Source: a virus (Duplodnaviria > Caudoviricetes). Taken from it: a stretch of 57,406 bases of DNA. Positions 7,458 through 16,714 of the stretch are shown piece by piece. Location: IMG/VR virus record IMGVR_UViG_3300027668_000001, positions 1 through 57,406 of that record. One strand, given 5' to 3'. The first letter of the stretch is position 1. Every line of letters begins with the position of its first letter. Under the pieces are notes generated by a model. It was given only the letters and a program-made list of their open reading frames with translations, had not been told where the DNA came from and did not search any database. A program made the translations under genes and the position numbers.

Positions 7458-7480
7458 AATCCGACCACGGGGGTCGGATT
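7458..7480 (+). promoter_or_regulatory. Conserved hairpin element (putative virion-RNAP promoter) heading the replication operon
   Basis: AATCCGACC-ACGGG-GGTCGGATT, perfect 9-bp stem. Confidence 0.65.
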
Positions 7481-7504
7481 TTAGAAGAGGAATAACTCTC
7501 TTCT

Positions 7505-7518
7505 CTATAAGGAACTTA
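7505..7518 (-). promoter_or_regulatory. Late phage-RNAP promoter TAAGTTCCTTATAG
   Basis: Exact 14-mer shared with four other intergenic sites; upstream of 7038..7430. Confidence 0.8.
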
Positions 7519-7533
7519 AAGAAAGGGCATAAA

Positions 7534-7779
7534 ATGTCAGATATTATTAACAATCCTACACACTACACAAAGTACAAAATACAACCTATCACATTTATCA
7601 TGGAGAATGACTTACCATTTCATGTAGGTAACATTATTAAATATGTTATGAGAGCTGGTCATAAGATCTATGAGGGTGAGGACGGGGTTGGATCAGAGAT
7701 AACAGACCTACGTAAAGTCATCAGGTATGCAGAGATACGTATTGAACAACTTGATAAAAACATGAAGGACTATATCTAA
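7534..7779 (+). CDS. DUF3310 / T7 gp1.7-like protein
   Basis: INNPTHY...GNIIKYVMRAGHK...DLRK. Confidence 0.8.
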   Translation: MSDIINNPTHYTKYKIQPITFIMENDLPFHVGNIIKYVMRAGHKIYEGEDGVGSEITDLRKVIRYAEIRIEQLDKNMKDYI

Positions 7780-7970
7780 TGGGTAAATATAAAAACATAG
7801 AGACAAACATAGATGAAATCATAAGGCTTACATACCTACTGGGAGACTTCAGTACCCACAAAGAGTTCACTGAGATTGTCTATGCTAAATGCTTGGACCA
7901 AAACATACCCTCAGCAAACATCAATTATGCAGATAAACGAATAGGAGAAGTACTAGGTGACCTTATATAA
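7779..7970 (+). CDS. Hypothetical protein
   Basis: Coupled 63-aa ORF. Confidence 0.7.
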   Translation: MGKYKNIETNIDEIIRLTYLLGDFSTHKEFTEIVYAKCLDQNIPSANINYADKRIGEVLGDLI

Positions 7971-8169
7971 TAAAATAAAAGAAACTTTACGTAAACGTGT
8001 GAACATGAATCAGACAATCAATCAACTTCACAACCTATCTGATACAGAACTAAAAGACATTGGTATATATCGTGGTCAAATTGAGGAGATAGCTAGGGGT
8101 ATTATCGATTTCCACCGGACAGTACGAGATGGAAACCTATTAACTTCACCTGATAAAGACGAGGAATAA
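7957..8169 (+). CDS. DUF1127 domain small protein
   Basis: TINQLHNLSDTELKDIGIYRGQI matches the LxxLsDxxLxDIGlxRxxI pattern. Confidence 0.85.
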   Translation: MTLYNKIKETLRKRVNMNQTINQLHNLSDTELKDIGIYRGQIEEIARGIIDFHRTVRDGNLLTSPDKDEE

Positions 8170-8172
8170 ATA

Positions 8173-8358
8173 ATGACAGCACTATGGGTACTCCTTTGGC
8201 TACAAGTAGAAACACCAGTGGGTGTCAACTACTTTCAATTAGGATCTTATGAGAGCTTACAGAAATGTAACTCTGCATTAGAAAGGGGTAAGGTTATGAT
8301 AACAACTATAGACACTCAGGTAGTGTGTGTGGAGATTGGAGTAAACTCGGATGATTAA
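8173..8358 (+). CDS. Small hypothetical protein
   Basis: Hydrophobic N-terminus, two Cys, GAGGA SD. Confidence 0.7.
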   Translation: MTALWVLLWLQVETPVGVNYFQLGSYESLQKCNSALERGKVMITTIDTQVVCVEIGVNSDD

Positions 8359-9010
8359 TGTAACATTCATAGATAGTATGGGTACTGACCTATCTGTAGT
8401 AAATGCAGCGCGCACAAGTTTTGGGAAAAAGAGCCAATGGCACTACCCAAATGATGATGACACTCAGAGAACACTTAGTGATCGTGATACAAAGTTGGTA
8501 AGGTATCTTGCAAGTCATAAACACACCTCACCATTCGGACATTGCTTCGCGTCTTTTCACATTAAGTCAAGTGTTGTGGTAGCCAGACAGCTAGTCAAGC
8601 ATAAATTTTTAAGATGGAATGAAATATCTAGGCGATACGTTGCAGATGAGCCACAGTATGACATACCTAAGCTTCGTAAAGCCACTAAAGATAAGAAGCA
8701 AGGGTCAGGAGATTTAATTAATAACCCCATGTTAGATGCAGTAATACAACAGTCTTACATTGAGTCCACTAAACAGTACAAATATCTACTTGCAATGGGT
8801 GTCTGTGAGGAGCAAGCGAGAGGCATACTGCCCCTCAATCACTTCACTGAATGGTACTGGTCAGGAAGTCTTGATGCCTTTGCTGACATGTGCAACCTCA
8901 GATGTTCAGGTGATACACAGGAAGAGACTAGGTTAGTAGCTAATGGTATCTGTAATATTATGAAAAAGTTATTCCCTGTATCTTGGTTTGCATTGAGGTT
9001 AGAGAAATAA
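8351..9010 (+). CDS. thyX: FAD-dependent thymidylate synthase
   Basis: VNAARTSF, HTSPF, ARQLVKH, NEISRRY, EQARGILP. Confidence 0.95.
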   Translation: MINVTFIDSMGTDLSVVNAARTSFGKKSQWHYPNDDDTQRTLSDRDTKLVRYLASHKHTSPFGHCFASFHIKSSVVVARQLVKHKFLRWNEISRRYVADEPQYDIPKLRKATKDKKQGSGDLINNPMLDAVIQQSYIESTKQYKYLLAMGVCEEQARGILPLNHFTEWYWSGSLDAFADMCNLRCSGDTQEETRLVANGICNIMKKLFPVSWFALRLEK

Positions 9011-9013
9011 TTA

Positions 9014-9235
9014 ATGTATGAAGTATATAGCATAACTAACTGTCCATTCTGTGAGAGAGCTAAAGAACTCCTCAGAGAAAACAAAGAAGGCTTTACAGAA
9101 TACGCTATCGACATACAAACTGAACTGGGTAAGTCGGTAATGAAACGATCAATGATGAAAACAGTTCCTATTATATACCACAATGATATATTTATTGGTG
9201 GATATAATGATCTTAAGATGTACTTAAACAAATAA
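9014..9235 (+). CDS. grx: Glutaredoxin
   Basis: CPFC, TVP and IGGY motifs. Confidence 0.92.
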   Translation: MYEVYSITNCPFCERAKELLRENKEGFTEYAIDIQTELGKSVMKRSMMKTVPIIYHNDIFIGGYNDLKMYLNK

Positions 9236-9249
9236 GGAAAGGACGCAAC

Positions 9250-11088
9250 ATGCGTTTATGCTATGATATAGAATGTAATGGTCTCACTCCGGATACTATC
9301 TGGATGATTGTTGCACAGAATTTAGATAATAATCAGATCTACAAGTTCTCTGATCACGATAACCTACATGGTTCTATTGCTGATGGTGCTGCACTACTGC
9401 AGAACGCAGAGATACTGGTAGGTCATAACATTATTGGTTTTGATAATGTAGTGATGGATAAGATATGTGGTACTACACTCAATGAGAAACGCTGTCATGA
9501 TACTTGGGTTATGTCTCAGGTGTTGCGATACAAACGAGCACACAAGCATGGTCTTGCTGGTTGGGGTGAACACCTAGGCAACAATAAGATTTCATATGAA
9601 GGTGGTTGGGATGCTTACTCACGTGAGATGCTCCGCTACTGTGTACAAGATGTTCGTGTGAATGTTGATGTGTACTATGAGTTACTTACAGAGTACAAGA
9701 AGGTTGCTAAATTTAATCCTAAGATTAAGTTAGGTATGAAAGCTGAACATGAGACAGCAAAGTTCAATGCCTTCTGTAAGAACAAGGGTTGGTACTTCGA
9801 TATGGAAGAAGCTATGACTCTAGTAGGTATCATGCAACAACGTATGGCTGAAATATCTAACACCATTGAACCTCAGATGGGAACTAAGGTTGTTTACATT
9901 GACAAAGAACCTAAGTCCCCTAAATACAACAAGAATGGAAAGTACAATGCGACTACTGCCAAGCTGCTTAGCGAATATTTTGGAACGGAAGTTGCGGTCA
10001 CAGACACCCATCTCGCAGGACCAACTTTCAAATTCCAACGAACAACTAAGGAACAAGCTAAACTGGGATCTCAAGAAGCGGTTAAAGATTGGCTCATCAC
10101 TATCGGATGGAAACCAGACGATTACAACCGAAAGAAAATCGGAAGAGAATGGGTAACTACTGGACCTAAACTCACAACATCCTCATTGGCTAAGCTTGGG
10201 GAAGTTGGTATGATGGTTGATGAGTACTATGTACTACGTCACAAGGCTTCTCTTATGGAGGGCTGGGTGGAAAAGGTAGAAGGTTCTGAGGACAAGAGAC
10301 TTCATGGTAACATGTGGACTATCGGTACACCTACCTTCAGAGTACGTCATGAGGTAATTGCAAACCTTCCGGGTATTGAAACACCTTGGGGTAAAGAGAT
10401 ACGTGGGATGCTTAAGCCTGATCCCGGATACGTTATTGTTGGTGCAGACAGTGCTGGTAATCAGTTACGTGGTCTTTGTCATTACGTAGATAACGATGAG
10501 TTCACTAAGGAAGTACGATATGGTGACCAACACCAGCGCAATGCTGATGCACTTGGTTGTTCTAGACCCATAGCCAAAGGCTATCTGTACGCTTACCTCT
10601 TTGGAGCAGGTGATGCTAAGCTGGGTCAAGTATTATCCGGTAAGTCCAATAGCGAAGTAGGCCGTAAGTCACGTGTTGATTTCTCTAAGGGCATCAAAGG
10701 CTTAGAAGAACTTAAGAAGAAACTCTTAAACATCTGGAACAAAACATCTAACCAACAAGGTGATGGATGGTTCCCTGCACTTGATGGACGCCCAGTGTTC
10801 TGTGGGTCTGGTCATCAAACTCTTAACTACTTACTCCAAGCTGCTGAAGGTGTTACCTGTAAGGCATCACTGATGTGGGCATGGGATAAGATACGTGAAG
10901 AGAAACTACGTGCCGAACCTCGTCTGTTCTACCATGATGAGATGGCATTCCAATCACACCCTGACGATGCTAAACGTGTTGGGGAAATACTAACAGAGTC
11001 CTTTTCTGCTGGTCCAAAGATGTTCGATGTAACATGCATGGATGGTGGTGAGTACATAATAGGAGAAAGCTACGCAGATGTTCACTGA
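9250..11088 (+). CDS. polA: DNA polymerase, family A (T7-like)
   Basis: DIE, GHNIIGFD and YCVQD exonuclease motifs; GADSAG, RxxAKxxxYAYLFG and HDE polymerase motifs. Confidence 0.95.
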   Translation: MRLCYDIECNGLTPDTIWMIVAQNLDNNQIYKFSDHDNLHGSIADGAALLQNAEILVGHNIIGFDNVVMDKICGTTLNEKRCHDTWVMSQVLRYKRAHKHGLAGWGEHLGNNKISYEGGWDAYSREMLRYCVQDVRVNVDVYYELLTEYKKVAKFNPKIKLGMKAEHETAKFNAFCKNKGWYFDMEEAMTLVGIMQQRMAEISNTIEPQMGTKVVYIDKEPKSPKYNKNGKYNATTAKLLSEYFGTEVAVTDTHLAGPTFKFQRTTKEQAKLGSQEAVKDWLITIGWKPDDYNRKKIGREWVTTGPKLTTSSLAKLGEVGMMVDEYYVLRHKASLMEGWVEKVEGSEDKRLHGNMWTIGTPTFRVRHEVIANLPGIETPWGKEIRGMLKPDPGYVIVGADSAGNQLRGLCHYVDNDEFTKEVRYGDQHQRNADALGCSRPIAKGYLYAYLFGAGDAKLGQVLSGKSNSEVGRKSRVDFSKGIKGLEELKKKLLNIWNKTSNQQGDGWFPALDGRPVFCGSGHQTLNYLLQAAEGVTCKASLMWAWDKIREEKLRAEPRLFYHDEMAFQSHPDDAKRVGEILTESFSAGPKMFDVTCMDGGEYIIGESYADVH

Positions 11089-11827
11089 TAATGCAGTAAT
11101 ACTGGTAGACTCAGACTCAATCTACTTTAGGATGGCTTGTGTAACAACCAAACAAAAAGAGATTCGTGTGGGAATTGATAGCACTATGAGAGAGATCCAA
11201 CGTAACTGTGGGTCTGATAGTTTTCTCGTAGCAATTAAAGGGAGGGGTAATTTCCGAAAGGAGATGTACCCTCTCTACAAAGGAACCCGAAGGGAGATAG
11301 AACCTAGCGTTAAAGAAGCGTTGAACTATGGACACAAATACATGGTTGAGAAGTACCAAGCTGTTGAAGCTGACTACATGGAAGCTGATGATCTTGTTGC
11401 TATCTGGGCTGCTGAATGCAGAGATGTAAACCAAGAGTATACAGTTGTAGGTATTGACAAAGATCTTTTACAGATACCTGGAACACATTACAACTTTGTA
11501 AAGAAAGTAATCACAGAGGTTGATGAAGACACTGCTAACTTAAAGCTTATGCTTCAATGCCTTACTGGTGATAGGTCTGATAACATACCTGGAATTAAAG
11601 GGATTGGACCTAAGAAGGCAGAGAAGATACTACATGGAGTTCCTATGCACCGCAGGTGGAATAGGGTAAGGGCTGCTTGGAGAACAAATGGATCCGGAGA
11701 TCCTGATATTTCCAAACGACTATTAACAATGGTAACATCTTGGGAAGAATTAGATGACATTAAAAAACAAATTGAAGAGCATAAGTCGAAAGAACAAACG
11801 TCAGTTCATCGGGATACTGAAGACTGA
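11078..11827 (+). CDS. 5'-3' exonuclease (T7 gp6-like)
   Basis: EADD, DKDL, GDRSDNIPGIKGIGPKKA. Confidence 0.92.
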   Translation: MFTDNAVILVDSDSIYFRMACVTTKQKEIRVGIDSTMREIQRNCGSDSFLVAIKGRGNFRKEMYPLYKGTRREIEPSVKEALNYGHKYMVEKYQAVEADYMEADDLVAIWAAECRDVNQEYTVVGIDKDLLQIPGTHYNFVKKVITEVDEDTANLKLMLQCLTGDRSDNIPGIKGIGPKKAEKILHGVPMHRRWNRVRAAWRTNGSGDPDISKRLLTMVTSWEELDDIKKQIEEHKSKEQTSVHRDTED

Positions 11828-12107
11828 CATTGGTTGTGTTGATTGTGGTTACAATGAACATCCAGATGCTCTAGGCTTTGATCACCTTCCTAAGTATGAG
11901 AAGCTTCACGATGTATCACGAATGGTATCTTGGGATAAAGATATCGGTGACATCCTTAATGAAGTCTTTAAAACAGAAGTGGTGTGCCATAACTGTCATG
12001 CTATTAGAACAGCAGAGAGGCGCAATGGAAAACCTATTCCAGATAAAACCACTGTCAGCAAACAGAATGTTTGTAAGGAAAGGCAGGATAACCTACAAGA
12101 CAGCTGA
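11754..12107 (+). CDS. HNH-like endonuclease
   Basis: CVDCG...FDH...VVCHNCH. Confidence 0.75.
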   Translation: MTLKNKLKSISRKNKRQFIGILKTDIGCVDCGYNEHPDALGFDHLPKYEKLHDVSRMVSWDKDIGDILNEVFKTEVVCHNCHAIRTAERRNGKPIPDKTTVSKQNVCKERQDNLQDS

Positions 12108-12423
12108 CTATAAGAGGTTTCAAGAGGAGATGGCAGTCATACTTATGGGTGAGACATGGGAGTTTAAAGACAACCCTGTCCACTTCATTGTGTATGCTGG
12201 CCTCTCTAACAAAGCCTCTGACTTAGATAATATAATTAAACCTTTACTTGATACCTATCAAAATATATTCGAGGAGTTCAATGATAAAACGGTACAAGGA
12301 ATTATCCTTCAAAGAGACAGAGTTAAACGAGGAAGAGAATACCTCTGGGTTCGAGTTGCAAAAGCAGAAGAACTTGAAGTGGGATTCGAAGCATTCGAAG
12401 ACTCGACAGAAAAAGAATCGTAA
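12025..12423 (+). CDS. RusA-like Holliday junction resolvase
   Basis: PLSAN N-terminal motif and DLDNIIKPLLD; GAGAGG SD before ATG 12025. Confidence 0.8.
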   Translation: MENLFQIKPLSANRMFVRKGRITYKTADYKRFQEEMAVILMGETWEFKDNPVHFIVYAGLSNKASDLDNIIKPLLDTYQNIFEEFNDKTVQGIILQRDRVKRGREYLWVRVAKAEELEVGFEAFEDSTEKES

Positions 12424-12453
12424 TCGTGATATAAAAACCGAAAGGGATTTCTG

Positions 12454-14094
12454 GTGAAAACTAACTGTGATAAATGTGGCAGCTCAAATGCCAATGAAAT
12501 ATACAATGATGATAACCCAAGAACCCATTGCTTTTCATGTGGAACAACTGTATTTTTAAATGAAAGAAACCAAATGGAACTAATAAGAAAACAAATGGAA
12601 CTAATGGATCAAGACGATTTCCTCATCAACTCATCTATGATTGACGAGGTAAGCTCATACAATAGCTACCCAATGACTAGTCGTGGGATCTCTCAGGGTG
12701 TGGTTGATCATTTCAATGTCAAGATGTCTGTAGATATCAATGGCAAACCTCAATCACATTTCTACCCTTACACTGTTGGAGGAGAGCTGGCTGCATACAA
12801 AGAGCGTAAGCTCCCTAAAGAGTTTCGTACTCATGGAGACTTTAAGAATGTCGAATTGTTTGGACAACAGCAAGCAACTGGAGGATTTACGCTGGTCATC
12901 TGCGAAGGAGAAGTCGATGCACTCAGCGTGGCACAGGCGTACAAAGAGAAGTATGGAAGAACGTATTCTGTGGTTGCTGTACCTTCTTCATCTGCTACCT
13001 CTTGTGCTCTTGCTCAAAGGGATTGGATAAACTCCTTCAAGACTGTCGTAATTATGATGGATCAAGATGAAGCTGGCAAGAAGATGTCTGACTTCCTAGG
13101 TAAGATGATTAAGCCGGGTAAGGCTAAAGTCGCAAAGCTACCAGAGAATGACGCAAATGCTACATTACTTAAGCATGGTTGGAAGACTCTGTTAGAGTGT
13201 GTGTGGAATGCACAAAGTTGGAACCCCTCAGGTATCGTTACAGGTAAACCTATTTGGGAACAGTTCATTCAACGACAGAATGTAGAGTGTGTACCCTACC
13301 CTGATTGTTTGAATGGTTTAAATGATAAACTAAAAGGAATTAGGCATGGTGAGATTACTCTATTCACTTCTGGAACTGGGAGTGGTAAGTCTACTATTAT
13401 CAAAGAGATTATATTGGATCTCCTCTCGAAAACAGAAGACCGCATTGGGCTTGTCAGTTTGGAAGAGAGCGTTGGAGATACGGCAGAGAAGTTCATTGGC
13501 ATGGTTCTCAAGAAGTCTCTTAATGAGGATACACCTCCAGATGAAGACGAACTTAGACAGGGTTTTGATGAAGTCTTTGGAGACGAAAGACTAGTATTAC
13601 TAGACCACCAAGGATCAGTAGGTGATGATAGTCTTATAGATAAGATTGAGTACATGGCACTGATGGGTTGTAAGTATTTAGTACTAGACCACATAACTAT
13701 TGCTGTGTCTGAGGGAAGTGATGGGTTGTCTGGTAACGAAGCCATTGACAAGTTCATGTCTGACCTACTTAAGATTGTTAAGAAGCACAACATCTGGCTT
13801 GGGTTGATCTCACACTTACGTAAAGCACAAGGTGGTAAAGCATTCGAGGATGGTAACATTGCATCCATCGATGACATCAAGGGCTCTGGTTCTATCAAAC
13901 AGATATCATTTGATATCATTGCATTCTCTAGGAACCTAACAGCAGATGATGAGTATGAACGTAACACTGTTAAATTCAGAGTCTTAAAGTCTAGATTCAC
14001 AGGTAAGACAGGTGATGCTGGTTCTGCTACCTACGATGCACAAACTACCCGACTTCAAAATAAAGAGGTTGGTTTTGATTATTTAACTTCATAG
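12454..14094 (+). CDS. DNA primase/helicase (T7 gp4-like)
   Basis: CxxC...CxxC zinc finger, EGEVD TOPRIM, DQD, SGTGSGKS Walker A, LDHI, LKSRFTG. Confidence 0.95.
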   Translation: MKTNCDKCGSSNANEIYNDDNPRTHCFSCGTTVFLNERNQMELIRKQMELMDQDDFLINSSMIDEVSSYNSYPMTSRGISQGVVDHFNVKMSVDINGKPQSHFYPYTVGGELAAYKERKLPKEFRTHGDFKNVELFGQQQATGGFTLVICEGEVDALSVAQAYKEKYGRTYSVVAVPSSSATSCALAQRDWINSFKTVVIMMDQDEAGKKMSDFLGKMIKPGKAKVAKLPENDANATLLKHGWKTLLECVWNAQSWNPSGIVTGKPIWEQFIQRQNVECVPYPDCLNGLNDKLKGIRHGEITLFTSGTGSGKSTIIKEIILDLLSKTEDRIGLVSLEESVGDTAEKFIGMVLKKSLNEDTPPDEDELRQGFDEVFGDERLVLLDHQGSVGDDSLIDKIEYMALMGCKYLVLDHITIAVSEGSDGLSGNEAIDKFMSDLLKIVKKHNIWLGLISHLRKAQGGKAFEDGNIASIDDIKGSGSIKQISFDIIAFSRNLTADDEYERNTVKFRVLKSRFTGKTGDAGSATYDAQTTRLQNKEVGFDYLTS

Positions 14095-14102
14095 GAGAAT
14101 AC

Positions 14103-16397
14103 ATGTCAGCAATCCAAGAGATAGTTGATTACCTTGTCAATAGGGTAGATGGTGTCAGTCCTGCACGTCGAAGACCCCATCTTGCTGGGCTCTTAATGAG
14201 ATTGTCTGGAAATTATAGTGAACGTATGGAAAGGTATGTTATTAAAAGCATATCGATACTCCAAATGCAATTCACTAAGGACACCAGCTCAAGCCCAGCT
14301 GGCACAACCACACTCACTAATGCATCTACTAAGGTAGGTCAGAGTATTGGTAAAGAACTAGACCGAGAGCCCCTCCCGTGGGGCTCTGTGGTGTCCATAG
14401 GAGACCTGTTTATAGAAGCCTTATACAACCTAGGGTTTGTAGACTTATCCTATGCTAAGACCCGTGACAGCTGCCACGTGGTGTCTGCATCACATAGGTG
14501 GTACGAGTTAGGTGTGATCCCAGATAAAGGTGGGAGCTTTCCCTTAGCCTCTACAAGTACCATAAGACCAAGGAATATATCTGGTATGATCCAGAAGATA
14601 AATGGTGTGGAAAGACCAGTCATAAAGGGGCGGGTAGAAGGAGATCCAATAGACCCCTATGCACCTTGGGTACAAGCACTTAACAAACTACAACAGACTG
14701 CTTGGAAGATAAACAAACCAGTCTACAATGCAATGATTGAGAACAAAGAGTTGTTCCTATCTACTGATCCTATCAAAGACAATGATGCTAAGGAGCTAAA
14801 GCGTAGGAGTAAGATGGTAGAGTGGGCATTCATCTCAGAGAAAGCACGTAAGCTATCAGAGCTAGATGAGTTCTACCAGTACCTAGATGTGGACTATCGT
14901 GGTAGGTTCTATTACTGTGAAAGCTTTATGAACTTCCAAGGATCAGATCTAGCTAGGGGATTGTTCAAGTTTGAACACGCAAAGCCAATGACTGCAAGTG
15001 GGTTACAGTGGTTAGCTATACACACAGCCTCTGTCTTCAACATGTCTTACAGCATCGATGAGATACCTGAGTGGTGTACTGCTGACTACAAGACACACCT
15101 TGAGGGTGAGGATTTAGATAACATCTCTGTTGACAAGATGACACTAGAAGATCGCATCAGTTGGACCAACGAGTACATGGATGAGATAGTCGAAGCAGGT
15201 AAACACTCACAGTTCTCTGAGGAAGCTGAGAAGAAAGTGTCTTTCCTTGCTGCATGTGTTGAGTGGTATGAATTTGACTGTGCTTACAAAGACAATCGTA
15301 TCCACATGACAAGCCTACCAATCCCTATTGATGGTAGTAACAATGGTTGGCAACACCTCGGAGCAATCTCTAAGGATGAGAAAACTGGTGAGCTAGTAGG
15401 TCTTATCCCCTCAGAGATACAGAAAGACTTCTATGTGAAGACTGCTAAGGAGACTATAGATCTGTGTAAAGATGATCGACTCAATAGTATCTTGTCTAGT
15501 ATGCCAATGAAAAGAATACGCAAGGGGATATCTAAGCGTGGCTCTATGACTAGGGCATACTCAGCAGGCTCTAAGAAGATCGCTGAGAACATGTTCTTTG
15601 ATTGTAAGTCAGAGGACTACCATACAGAGTACGGCATCACACAAGATGACTGTACTAAGTTATCTAAACTGCTGATCAAAGCAATTGATAAGGTATGTCC
15701 AGGACCCCTAGCTACTATGAGTTACCTACAGAACCTAGCGATGTACCAATTAGGTACACATGTGAAGGTAGACTCAGAGGGATACGAAGCTAACACTGAG
15801 TACAGAAACCTATCTAAGATCCGTGATACCCTCATGAAAAAGAACTTCAAGACTGATGAGGATCTCTATGAGCTTAACGATGTTGTAATTAAACTTAAAG
15901 AATTTACAACAAGACTTAAGCATGGGAAGGGTAAAGATAGGATTGAATGGAGCACACCTTCAGGTTTCCATGTGATCTATGAGAAATGGATCATGCAAGA
16001 TAGGAAAGCCAGAGGACGTATCAAAGGGTATGGTAACAAGACCGGACAGGTTACACACGTAGCCCTTGTGCCTACACGTATGCCAGACAGAAGAGGTTTC
16101 ATCTGTGGTATGTCACCCAACTACATACATTCTATGGATGCTAGTCACATGGCTTTAGTTATCTCTGAGTGGGATGGTTCCTTTGCAGCTGTACACGACA
16201 GCTTCAGTACACATGCTGGTGATGTGGATAAACTACTAGACTTAACTAAACAAGTATTCATACGCATGTATGACTACGATAATTACTTTGAGGTTATACG
16301 TAACTTCATAACAGATGCTGAAGACGATGTGGAACAACCTACATTGGGCAGCTTAGATATAAAGGAGATTGAAAACAGTGACTACTTCTTCACGTAA
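14103..16397 (+). CDS. Single-subunit T7-like RNA polymerase (late RNAP)
   Basis: DYRGR, DGSNNG, RKGISKRGSMTRAY, PNYIHSMDA, VHDSF. Confidence 0.95.
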   Translation: MSAIQEIVDYLVNRVDGVSPARRRPHLAGLLMRLSGNYSERMERYVIKSISILQMQFTKDTSSSPAGTTTLTNASTKVGQSIGKELDREPLPWGSVVSIGDLFIEALYNLGFVDLSYAKTRDSCHVVSASHRWYELGVIPDKGGSFPLASTSTIRPRNISGMIQKINGVERPVIKGRVEGDPIDPYAPWVQALNKLQQTAWKINKPVYNAMIENKELFLSTDPIKDNDAKELKRRSKMVEWAFISEKARKLSELDEFYQYLDVDYRGRFYYCESFMNFQGSDLARGLFKFEHAKPMTASGLQWLAIHTASVFNMSYSIDEIPEWCTADYKTHLEGEDLDNISVDKMTLEDRISWTNEYMDEIVEAGKHSQFSEEAEKKVSFLAACVEWYEFDCAYKDNRIHMTSLPIPIDGSNNGWQHLGAISKDEKTGELVGLIPSEIQKDFYVKTAKETIDLCKDDRLNSILSSMPMKRIRKGISKRGSMTRAYSAGSKKIAENMFFDCKSEDYHTEYGITQDDCTKLSKLLIKAIDKVCPGPLATMSYLQNLAMYQLGTHVKVDSEGYEANTEYRNLSKIRDTLMKKNFKTDEDLYELNDVVIKLKEFTTRLKHGKGKDRIEWSTPSGFHVIYEKWIMQDRKARGRIKGYGNKTGQVTHVALVPTRMPDRRGFICGMSPNYIHSMDASHMALVISEWDGSFAAVHDSFSTHAGDVDKLLDLTKQVFIRMYDYDNYFEVIRNFITDAEDDVEQPTLGSLDIKEIENSDYFFT

Positions 16398-16659
16398 ATC
16401 ATATAATCATTTAGCACTACGAGGTGTTCAAGTAGATGATGATGAATTTATCTCTGATTGGAACACTAACCCACTGACAAAGGTAGCCCTTGACCCAGAG
16501 CTAGCTTACACAAAGGATCTCATGCCAATCATAATGGATATTGGTATCGAAGAAGACTTGAGTGGTGGTGTGATAAACGATAAACAAGCACGACAACGTA
16601 AGCAAGAACAGATGAAAGAGTACCGAGAGCTTCTTGCAAAGAAAGGTATGCTTAAATAA
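16369..16659 (+). CDS. Hypothetical protein
   Basis: TTG start with AAGGAG SD; last plus-strand gene. Confidence 0.75.
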   Translation: MKTVTTSSRKSYNHLALRGVQVDDDEFISDWNTNPLTKVALDPELAYTKDLMPIIMDIGIEEDLSGGVINDKQARQRKQEQMKEYRELLAKKGMLK

Positions 16660-16663
16660 AATT

Positions 16664-16712
16664 AAAAAGCCCCCAAGAAAACCTTAATGGTTCTCTTGGG
16701 GGCTTTATTTTT
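16664..16712. terminator. Bidirectional intrinsic terminator between the two genome arms
   Basis: AAAGCCCCCAAGA/TCTTGGGGGCTTT stem flanked by A and T runs. Confidence 0.9.
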
Positions 16713-16714
16713 AT

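Noticed and set aside
13296-14000. 234-aa minus-strand ORF
   Set aside because: Antisense shadow of the helicase with no SD or motifs. The same applies to the many short antisense ORFs over the polymerase and structural genes.
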